This document shows positions 1 through 11,200 of a stretch of DNA of 64,000 nt, piece after piece (the first letter of the stretch is position 1; the number at the start of each line of letters is the position of its first letter). The stretch spans positions 7,532,201 through 7,596,200 of the forward strand of contig NC_092679.1 of NCBI RefSeq assembly GCF_964355755.1, written 5' to 3'. This DNA comes from Antedon mediterranea. Its lineage: Eukaryota > Animalia > Echinodermata. Made by a program: the position numbers and the translations under genes. The notes under the pieces were generated by a model, which was not told the origin of the DNA, made no database searches, and saw nothing but the letters and a program-made list of their open reading frames with translations.

Positions 1-1830
1 AGCCATTAACTCACAATGTTACTTATTTCACCAAGAGTAGATTGTGAGATTACCATAAGAACGACTGTATAACCAATTACAAAATGGCGACAGAAAAACA
101 ATAAAAATACCGACTGTACAACAGGTATGAATCATGACAAAACAATTGTCTCACAATCATCGTCAATTTTTTTGGAAGATCATATTTTACTATAAACATT
201 TAGCCATTTCAAAATTTAACAATAACAATTTAATTTGTATTACATTTTATTATATTTTTTATGATTTCGGTAAAAGTCAGTCATACTTGTCTATCATATT
301 TTGTCAACCTAATTGGTATTTTGCTTTATTTATCAATAGACAAAGAGATAAACATCATTATTTAACTCTATTGTATTGTAAAATCAGAAAGTACACAAAT
401 TGCAATGCATGATTTACATAATTATGTTTATTTTGTGACCACACAATAAAAATACAGTCTAGTGAAATTGAATGCGAAAAGATTAGTAATATAGTATTAC
501 GGTAGGTGTATTTAGTATTACTAGGGGGAAAGCCCAATAGTTAATACAAAAGTCTAACCAGGGGAAAAGCCACAGATACAAGGGTCTAATCAGGGGAAAA
601 GCCACGGATACAAGGGTCAAGCCACGGATACAAGGGTCTAACCAAACAAATTTTGTCTTTTCTATTTCTGTCGAATGATATTAATTTATTACATCAACTT
701 TGCCAATAAAAGGCTTTTTTCCTGTAATAGTATACAAATAGCTCTATTCAAAATACTCAAATTATATAAAAACTTCAATAAATCCCAACATTAATTAGCA
801 AATCTATCATATTTCCAAATTAGATTAGAACCACACAAGTAAAATATTTAAAATGCTATTTCCTGTTGTCTGTTTTGTTTGTATAACTGTTTGCCGAAAA
901 AGATAAAAGATATTAAAGATGATGTATTTTTAAATGCTATCACTATCGGATTGAATATTTTAGAAAAAGATCAACTATAAAATAAAAGTGACTGTGAAAT
1001 TCGAAATGATTTGAAATTAAACTTTATTGCCTTGAATGAAAAAAAAAGCAGTGAAACATGGCAGCTATCATTTCAGTGATTAAACTTGTGAATATAAAGC
1101 ATGTAATCAAACGTAATAACTCATTTTCTTTGATGGTTGTAATTTCATGCTAGTTGACGTGTTGAAAATAACTTGACAATTCATAATTGAGAACATTTTA
1201 TATCAAACCAAAATGGTGGTTAACATTACGGTAGCCATCTTTGTATTTTCCCATTTCAGATTTTAACAGACATTCTCTGGTTGTGGTAATATAGGGAGTC
1301 TTCATGGTTGAGCGCCCCATACACGGTTTAACAGACCAAGCTAAATTCTGTACTCAATATCATAATTATAATCACGATCTAAACACAGGGGATTCCACCG
1401 TGTATTGAAACACTCTGTCTGATTGAGTATGGTTTAGTGGTGCTGTACATTGCCTTTCTTTCGCATTATTCATGGTTCAAATCAGGCATTTTGTACCGTA
1501 TATTTAAATGTTTAATGGAAAAAATGATGATGATGTAGTGTATTCAAAACTACAGTACAGTAGGTCTTTATGAGGGGACACTTTAAAGGTACAAAATAGT
1601 TTATTATCTTTATTGAAAACATCAAGTCATAGATATTATAAAATAAAATGACGATTCTCTGTTGGTCATAGATCATGCTTATTACAAATGCTACTGTATG
1701 CATATTTATATCCTCAAATTAACTTAATTATAATGTTTATACTGGGAACATTAAAATGGGTTGTTTCTGGTTAACTAGTGTACAACACCCAACATGTGTA
1801 AACAATCTAAATTAAGCATGAAATACTCAC

Positions 1831-1968
1831 AAAACATTTCTCTGGTGGTACTCGCTCCATATTCCTTTAGCACGCACTCCACTTAATTAAGACAATCTAA
1901 TTCCCAATGGTGCAATGGATTTGTTAACAACATGCAAACGAGATGAACTTATAGCTGATTAATAAATT
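1831..1968 (-). CDS. Putative first coding exon (MERVPPEKCF) of an unidentified gene divergent from ALDH6A1
   Basis: Minus strand: acceptor tttcag at 1969, ATG at 1860, 10 codons, then a strong GTGAGT donor at 1830. A possible upstream non-coding exon ends in caag|gtaa at ~4084. No downstream coding exon or homology was recognised. Confidence 0.3.
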
Positions 1969-2877
1969 CTGAAATGACAATAGATTAAGAAAATGTGTAT
2001 TTTAAATTAAAATTATTATATTAGAATACACATATTCTCATCACCCGATTTTTTAAACGATAGACTTCTTGTTGAAGTGTAAGCTGTACAATTCTTGATA
2101 TCTTAATATTTACCTATCATCAGCCATAAAGCAAAATGTCTCCATGTACCACAATAATTTATTGATTATTTATATGAAAGCAGTCTTACTGCTAGTAATC
2201 AATGACGAAGCGTTCAAATTTGTAACCAAAGAATATCCGCTAATTACTCCTGTATGATTCATATGTAACTTTGAGGGCAGTATAGAAAATGGAGATATTA
2301 AAATAAGGATGTTATTTTAATTATTTTTTACTATAAATGTTTTTAAAAACATATAAGACAATTTTATTCAATATTTTCCCAGTAATTGTGGTATTCCAAA
2401 TGTGTTTCTGGGACTTTTCGTTTTTCAGACGGTGTGGCATTTGGTAGAGTTGGACTACTACTAACTATTGAACATTTTTGAGCTAAATGAGATTTTAAAT
2501 TATTATTATTGTATAATCTATTTCATAAAATTTAGAAATTGTATATTAAATTAAAGGATAATTTATTTAATTCATGGTAGAATTCTTGAAACAATACAGG
2601 TTGGCACAAAATTAGATTCTTACTACCTTTAACAATTTCTCATCTGAATAATTTACGAATAATTTTGAAACAGTTGATGAAACAGAAACAATTACATTTT
2701 TTTAAGATCACCAAATATTGAAATAATGTAACTGTGAAAATGGAATGGTAGGAAGGCAACAAATAAATAGACATAAATAATGTATTTGTTTTATGAATAT
2801 ATATTGTAAAAATACCACACCACCCCCATTCAAAACACTGGATCCAGAATGCAGTGTTATGCCAGAGAATATGCATC

Positions 2878-3736
2878 TGTTATGCGCGATTTGAACGATT
2901 TGCGCAATTTGAAATTGCGCAAAAAAAATCCTTGCGCAATTTGAATTGAAACATGTGTTTCAAATTGCGCAAGCAACGTATTAAATTGCGCAAGTAATCT
3001 GCAAATTGCGCAAGGTTTTTCGACAGATTGTGAAATCATGCACACCCATATTTTTATAGTAATTTCTAAGAATGATTCAAAATTAAAGATAAATATCGCA
3101 TTTCCTTATTTTAGTAGTGCAAATATTGTTATAAGTTAGCATACCGTCGAAGAACCGACGAAGGAAAACGAAGCGGTGGTGTTCCACCAGGCGGGCGCGC
3201 CGCGGGCGGCCGGCTATACTACTCTAGCCTAGCTAGGGTCTGGACTACTGATACTGACTAGGTTACATGGCCTAGCTTAAACTAATATTAAAAACTTAAT
3301 TTTTACATTTATTTTGATTTATTTCAAGTTACAGTGATAATATTATTTAATTGTAATAATAAATGTTATGTATTTATTACACACATCTTCGCATTTATTA
3401 TGTTTTATTTTGAGTTATTTAGTTTCCAATAAATTATTATAATACCGATTGTCTGGTAGAATTTTGTTGCGCAATTTGAAAATTTACAGTTCGTTTTCAA
3501 ATTGCGCAAAGGTGTCATATTGCGCAAGAACTATCTTGCGCAATTTACAAATTGTGCAGCGCAATTTAAAATTGCGCAATTTGAAATTGCGCAAGTTGAT
3601 TGCGCAAATTGAAATTGCGCAAAAAAATCCTTGCGCAATTTTAAATTGCGCAAGAATTCTTTGCGCAATTTCAAATTGCGCAAGGATTTTTTTGCGCAAT
3701 TTCAAATTGCGCAAATCGTTCAAATCGCGCATAACA
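2878..3736. mobile_element. Non-autonomous TIR DNA transposon, Ginger-like (TGT...ACA ends, 4-bp TSD)
   Basis: ~67-bp near-perfect TIRs (tgttatgcgcgatttgaacg...), flanked by CATC at 2874-2877 and 3737-3740. Subterminal arrays of TTGCGCAA. Superfamily inferred from termini and TSD length only. Confidence 0.8.
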
Positions 3737-4197
3737 CATCGACTTAAAATTTAACTATTTTAAAGTCATGGACCTGACATTGCGGTGCTGTCTGTAGCTA
3801 GCCGGCCACACTAAAACAAAATGAGGTTGAAAGTCTAGTGTCGGAACTCAAACAACTGCACCCTGTTAAAACAAGTAGCATAAAATACATTTCCCTAGGC
3901 TAAACATTCCTGAACTCATAGCATGGCCCAAAAGTGCCTAATGAGACACTCCACCCTACCCATCTCATCAATCAATAAGGACAGGGGCTAGATTATTAGA
4001 CCTAGCTTCATGCGTTGTTCCCTCTTTCAATTCTATAAAACAAAATAGCAATTTAAGTAAACAAAAAAGCATATTCAATATTACCTTGTAAACATAGGCG
4101 CTGAAAGGACGAATATAACAGGGTGTGAGCAAACTGAATTACCACAAAAATCCTACCTGTTGTCGAAGAAAAGCACACAGGTAAATTTTGATGATTG

Positions 4198-5021
4198 CAA
4201 AGAATATATATCACAAGAATGAGTAATCCGTGATTTTCCCTGTAACAGTAATATTGTCCGTGTGGTAGGGCGCCGCCATAAGTGTGGATGTATCTGGGAT
4301 GTATACAACTTTTTGTGACGGTTTCAATAATCAAAGGCTAGACCACCGGTAGTATTTTCATGATAAAAAATGTTATCAACTATAATAAATGTTAATGATA
4401 TTTAACATTTTGTCCTATTAATAACATGTATTTTATACTAATTTATATCATAAAAACAATACTTAATTTACCGGGCGTAGAGTAGTACACGGCAATGTAG
4501 TCTGGGTTCCAGACGGAGTTTTGTCTTAATATTAGTTAAAAGATAAATATTTTGGCACATATGGCGTTTCATACGTATACTACTTGATTTTGGATACTTT
4601 CAGACAAAAATCGCGGTCGAAATAAAAACAAATAAATAAAAAAAAAAGATAATACAGACTTGGGGCAAGTCTAACGGCAATGGTAAAGAATAGGCCGTGC
4701 TGAGTAACGATTCGTTGATTTTGGTGTTGCTGTGTTAGGCTTTTTTTGTGAACTAACTTAGCATGTTAGTAAATAATTGTCTGTAAAAGTGAATGTACAC
4801 TAGTTTGTTAATAAATATGTATTATAAAATAGTTTACAATTGCAAAATATATTATCATAATTCTATTTAATGTGACATGTATAATATCTATTAAATCAAG
4901 TCTTATTTAGTATGTATACATCCGCCCTTATGAGGGCGGGCATCACTCTCTTGAGCTCTCTGTTACAAATTTCTCATGCAAAAATCGCGGAATACTCATT
5001 CTTGTGATATTATATTCTTTG
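4198..5021. mobile_element. Non-autonomous P-superfamily-like element, copy 1
   Basis: ~30-bp TIRs caaagaatatatatcacaagaatgagt; 7-bp TSD ATGATTG (4191-4197, 5022-5028); near-identical second copy at 40827-41662. Confidence 0.85.
4498..4673. mobile_element. Small element with TAG...CTA ends and 9-bp TSD (AcademH-like), nested in the P-like element
   Basis: TSD ACGGCAATG at 4489-4497 and 4674-4682. Absent from the second P-like copy, which shows the empty site at ~41316-41324. Related inverted copy at 45560-45700. Confidence 0.8.
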
Positions 5022-5241
5022 ATGATTGGTGGTGTCCGCCGCCGACGACTCGACACACGACGATGGTGGAACTTGGTGGCGCCCTATGTATTATTTTTAC
5101 TCTCGGGTTCTTGTTTTATCTGGTTTAATTTTCCAAATCAATCAAATGTGGAGAGGCCTAGACTGAATAGTGTGTGTTGCTGCATCGACGTGTGCAGTTT
5201 TATATATCTCTGAAATTTGGTGTAAAATAAACTAAATCGTT

Positions 5242-8200
5242 ATGTCTGCATCAATTCTTAATAGAAGAATACCACAGGTACTTTTAATTAAGCCTAGCTA
5301 GGAGGGTATGCTACTAGAACTGAATGTAATGATATTTGCAAATATTAAACCGTTCAGACTAGCCTCTAGTAGGCCTAGCCTAGTTAGTAGGGTTTCGATC
5401 CAAGTCGGCCCTAAACCGTCTCGGCCAAAGTCAAGTCGGCCCCAAGTCAAGTCGGCCTCAAGTCAAGTCGGCCGCAAGTCAACTCGGCCGCAAGTCAACT
5501 CGGCCGCAAGTCAACTCGGCCGCAAGTCAACTCGGCCGCAAGTCAACTCGGCCGCAAGTCAACTCGGCCTCAAGTCAACTCGGCCTCACGTCAACTCGGC
5601 CAAAAAATAATCGGTCAACTCGGCAAAAAGTGCAAATAAAGGGATTGATAAAATAATATTTCTTCACAATTTTTTAACTATGAATAATTCTGACTTTTAA
5701 TGAATATTATTATTTAGACAATAATATATTTAGCAAAAAAAATAGGAATGATTTCACCAACTTTCCTTTATTTACGTTTAATAAAATTTCGTAGCTGAGC
5801 CTCCCTGTGCGTTTGCCAGCTTTTTCGATATCTACAACTGCTACGTGTTTTCGCTGACCGGGGGATTCCCCTTTTTTTAAAACGCAAATCATGCACAAAA
5901 ACGATGTACGATCATTTTTTCTATGGCCAAATGGTGGAACGTAGGCCTCCGTCTTCGATTTCCTAAAATACGGTACCTGCACGTGTTTTTTGTAACACGC
6001 GGGTACTTCTATTCATATCGGCAATGAGTTCATTTTTTTATATGATATTATATTTTTTATTTCTTCATTTTTTTTAAAACATGGATAGTAAGAATCGTAA
6101 TAATATTAAGCACTTTTTGCGTTCCATACTTTATTGTGGCCGAGTTGACCGATTAGTTTTTGGCCGAGTTGACGTGAGGCCGAGTTGACTTGGGGCCGAC
6201 TTGACGTGGGGCCGACTTGACTTGGGGCCGACTTGACGTGGGGCCGACTTGACTTTGGCCGAGACGGTTTGGGGCCGACTTGACCTGCACCCGTTAGTAG
6301 TAGTAGTAGACTAGATAGGCCTAGCTAGGCTAGGCTAGTCTAGGCCTAGTAGTAGGCCTCCTCCTTCCTATTAGGGCCACCAAGCGAGGGACGATGTCGG
6401 ATGTAGTACTACAGTACCTACATTACTACATTCCCAGGATGTCCCCGTTCCCATGCATGTGTATTCTTCAAAATGTATTGTAATTTTGTATGTCATTTCA
6501 TCCAGCTCAAAAACAATATAATTATAATGACAATAATGACAATGTTACGTCTTACTCACTGATTGGTTGTACTGTACATGTACATCATAATATAATAAAA
6601 TTAAAAAGGATCAACTTAAAGTAAATATGTAGGCTGGACAGATTTGCTAAGTATTACATTATAGAAGAAACGTCAACCCATAATAATTTGATTTGATTAA
6701 CATTCAATTTCATTAAAATATTCTCAGGTGATTTCAGCATTCAGAAGGTATTGCCATCATGGAGCAGTAAGTATACAGTCAAATCAATTATTTTTTAATG
6801 TCAAAACCATAATTTGATAATGAAATTATTATCTGTTCTCCATATAAACTAATCCAAATTATGTATTCTTTCTAGCCCACCACCAAGATGTTTATTGACA
6901 ATCAATTTGTTGAATCAAAAGCTACTGAATGGATCGACGTACACAACCCTGTAAGTGAGCTTAAAAGAAAGATATTCAGTGTAAGAGTAGATTGAGGAAA
7001 ATATGAAATTGATTGATTGGGGGAAAATGAACAAAGGATTGAAAAAAAAAATGAAAATGATGGAATATATTGGAGAGCATGGTTACTTAAAGGAAAAAAG
7101 AGAAAGCTAAATAATAAGTAATAACAGTAGTACATAATAAAATAGAGGGTGATAGCTTAATTATCATACAGAAGACCAAGTTCAATTCCTGATCGACTCC
7201 CAGTCTACTTTGCTGTAAATGAGTACCTGGTTGAACAAATATTAGGAAGGATAAGGTGGCGTGAAAAGGAACTGGCCACCCTACCACATAATGAAACTTA
7301 ACAGCTCATTCCCATATTTTCTACATGGACTCATCTTCACCTAATATATCAAATGATAAATTCTTTATTTATATTACATAGGCAACCAATGAGGTGGTGA
7401 CAAGAGTGCCAAAATGTACACAAGGTGAAATGAAACGAGCAGTAGCGTCAGCAGAAGCTGCATTCCCAGCCTGGAGTGATCAATCTATTTTGTCAAGGCA
7501 ACAGATTATGTTTAAGTTACAACAGCTAATTAAGGATAACTTGGTAAGATTTGTTGTTTTTATATATGCAAGTAAATTAAGGATAACCATAAGTGAATTA
7601 ATTCACTATCCTTCCCAAAATTGGCAATCCCATTCTCAACCATATGAACAAGATACTACTCTACATAAACAAAGTCTTTAGGAACCCTGAGATAGCCACA
7701 TATTTGTTGTGTACACTTGGTTATTTAAGATCATCGCAGATTGCAGATTAATCAATTAATTATTGTTAATATCATGGTTTTAATTAGCTTTTTACCAAAA
7801 CATATTTCTTTCATTTAGTTGACAATATTATATCTTTTTTTATAGTTTTGGTTTTTTTTTGGCAGGGAGAAATTGCAAAGAACATTACCCTTGAACAAGG
7901 CAAAACGCTTGCAGATGCGGAGGGAGATGTCTTGAGAGGATTACGTACGTTTTTTAATTTTATATTATTATGCAATGGTCTCTAATGCTTGATTCACACT
8001 AGAGACGCAACACAAGGATGTAATGCAGTGTAAGAGATTTGACCAATCACAAGCGATGGATTATTCGACCTCTCACTTATCGTTGGTCAACTTGCGTGCG
8101 TTGCGTCCACGTCCTCGCGTTGTGTCTATGTCCTATCATTGGGTCTCTACTGAGAACCAAGCTTAAGCAACTAACGCCACTAATTTCTTAGACCAAGCAC

Positions 8201-11200
8201 AATTGGTTTGGAACCAGATTTCAGTATCCTTTACAAATTCAAGCTGTTTACTCTGTCCTTGTGTTTGTTGTTACAGAGGTGGTCGAACACACTTGTAGCA
8301 TCACCTCATTACAGCTTGGTGAAACTCTACCTGGGATCTCCAAAGACATGGACACCTTTACCATGAGACTCCCATTAGGTGTCGTGGCAGGAATCACTCC
8401 GTATGTATACATCATAAACCATATCTAACATATTTTATTTACTGTTATTGCTAAGCTAATTACTAATATTACTAGTATTATGGTATTATATACTAGTATT
8501 ATGGTATCTTTTACAAAATTATTATACAGATTTGATGGTTATGTGATGTAGTATAACAATGAATTAATTGTTTATTATTATTATTTCAGATTCAACTTTC
8601 CAGCTATGATTCCATTATGGGCAAGTCGTTCTTTTTTATATTTATAGAGAGTATGTACATTTTTTTTTAATAAGTAAGACTAAATTCGTCCTCACAATTT
8701 GAGGTAATTCAAATTCATGTATACCTACCATAAATAGCATGAGGGGATCCCATACTATTTACATCCCATCTGAAAGAGAAATTATCTTGCCTTAAGGTAT
8801 AAGCAATATGGCATGGATAGGTCTCAAACCCATTCCTCTTATCTGATGTCCCATATCACTCTCAAATAAGTCCATGTATTTGTTTCATATAGATGTTTCC
8901 CATGGCCGCTGTGTGTGGGAATACCTGTGTTGTTAAGCCTTCTGAACGAGATCCAGGGGCCACCATGATGCTGGTAGAGATGGCTAAGGAAGCAGGATTT
9001 CCTGATGGAGTTGTCAACGTTATCCATGGACAACATGATGGTAAATCTACATAATTTCATAATTTTAGCAATATAGAAATTTTAGGTTGGTGGTTAAGTA
9101 GTTGAGTGGGGCTGTCACTTGGTTGCATTCCAATCCCAAGGTACAGGGTTCGATCCAAATTCCTTCTACTCCAACTCTCGAATGAGACTTTTTTTATTTA
9201 TAAACATGATGCTGGGGTAGCACTAACATTTCATTTTGTTTAGCCATTTGGCGAAGGTCAAAATATTTTTTTTAGTCAAATCAGTTTATCTATAGCCAAA
9301 ATGGCTAAAGTCAAATTTTTTTATTTAGCCAAATGAATCGGTTTATAGCCAAAATTTAAAATTTTTGAAATATAGTGGTAAAAACATTTTAGTCAATTTA
9401 TCTATGTCAACAGGTCTATACACTGTTCCCTGAACATTTTTGTAAGGCATTGAGATAAAGAACCATGCCTAAATCACTGTATGATTAAAAAAAATATTTT
9501 TTTTTGTATTTTTTTTACATGATCAAAACAATTGTTCAAATTGTTTTTAATCATACAGCATTCATACAGTTATCAATTTAATAAGAAACCTTTTAGTTTT
9601 CTGAAATCCCCTGAACGCTATGTTACTTTTGTTTTTTACGCTTGGCTGGTCATGTTTGCGTGTGACGGCTTCCATGGCGTACCAGGCGAAAATCGTGTCC
9701 TAGAATCACTCGGAATCACCGCCGCGCAGCGGGTTAATGTTTTTAAATTGGGTATGCTCAAGAGGTGCGAAAGTGCAGAACCGCCGGCCTAGGCCTACAA
9801 AATTATGTACAACAACGCAACGGTACTGTATATCGTATGCTAAAAATATTGAGGAAAATTCCTAGCAAACGAACACTCGTATCGTTGTTAAACGTAAGAT
9901 AATATAGGCCAAAGCACAGAGTACACGTCTTTCCATCCTTCAAGGCTGCGCCGAAGCGTTTTACACAACAACAACGCAGAAGCCGGCGGCCGGCCCCGCT
10001 CAGATGCACACGTGTGTGTTTAGCTAAATCCCTGTTAGACTCTACCATTTCCCACATGTTGTTTTGTTTACACTGACGCACGAGGGAAGTTTATTAAGGG
10101 TAAAATATGAAACTACATTAAATTGGAAGACTCTAAAATGCATAACGCATACATTTTTGATTTCGATAAGATTAAGACGTCATTCATCCAAGATACTATA
10201 ATGTTTCTTTTGAATCTGAAAAGTACACCCCTATCGAAAAATAGACAATCCCGGTAATTAGCCGACCGTCGGCTACGTAGTCGATCGTTTGTGCAGCGCA
10301 CAACACGTGATAGTTTGGGTAGACTTCATCATCCATGTGTCGTGTAACGTCTGTCTCTCTGTGCAGTCTACCTCTGCTATCTCCATCTTTTTGAAATACC
10401 AAAGAGACGCCTGGTACAACGAAACAAGTTGACGAAAAATGGAGCTTGAAGTAAACAACGTGATAACGAACAAAATAAATGCTTGGAGATCGACAAATGG
10501 ACCTTTTAGTTGGACTTTATGCTTTCGCCAAAATGATTATTTAATTATCTATTTTATCATATGTCATCGCCAAAATGGCTAAAGTAGCCGTTTTATTTTT
10601 CGCCAATCTAGAAACGTTTTTGCCCATGGCGACTTGGCGATCGGCCAGTGCGAGCCCAGTGATGACGTTTATCCTTTCTCTAATTTGCAATTGCTGTTGG
10701 ATGCATATGAAATAAATACAAAAATAAATTTGAATCTATATACAGTATTTTGGTACAGTAATTACTATTGTTTTATTAATGCAGCCGTTAACTTCATCTG
10801 TGATCATCCTGCTATCAGAGCAATTTCATTCGTTGGCTCAGACCAAGCTGGTAAATACATATATGAGAGAGGATCCAAAAATGGAAAGCGAGTTCAGGCA
10901 AACATGGGAGCTAAAAACCATGGTGTTATCATGCCTGATGCCAACAAAGAAAACACCTTAAATCAGGTACACTGTTGCTTTGTTGTTATGTCAAATTTCT
11001 CACAAATAGGAACCTCGGTCCCCGCAAGGGTCTGGTTATTTGTCTGAGCTAATATGAAAAATGAATACCGCCCTCTGGTTTCACTAGTTACTGTAATTTA
11101 GATTTCTTGTGTACCATACATTATAATACAACTCCTTAAAGTCAATACCACATGAAATAAATGAATGAATAAATAAACATATGAATAGACTAACAGATTA

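Noticed and set aside
3449-3754. LRNLK-repeat ORFs on both strands
   Set aside because: Translation of the palindromic TTGCGCAA repeats of a transposon arm.
5308-5610. Ser/Arg-rich 100-aa ORF
   Set aside because: Product of the 16-bp subterminal repeats of the foldback element.
9085-9160. tRNA gene
   Set aside because: A- and B-box-like motifs only; the acceptor and anticodon stems do not pair, so it was treated as a SINE head.
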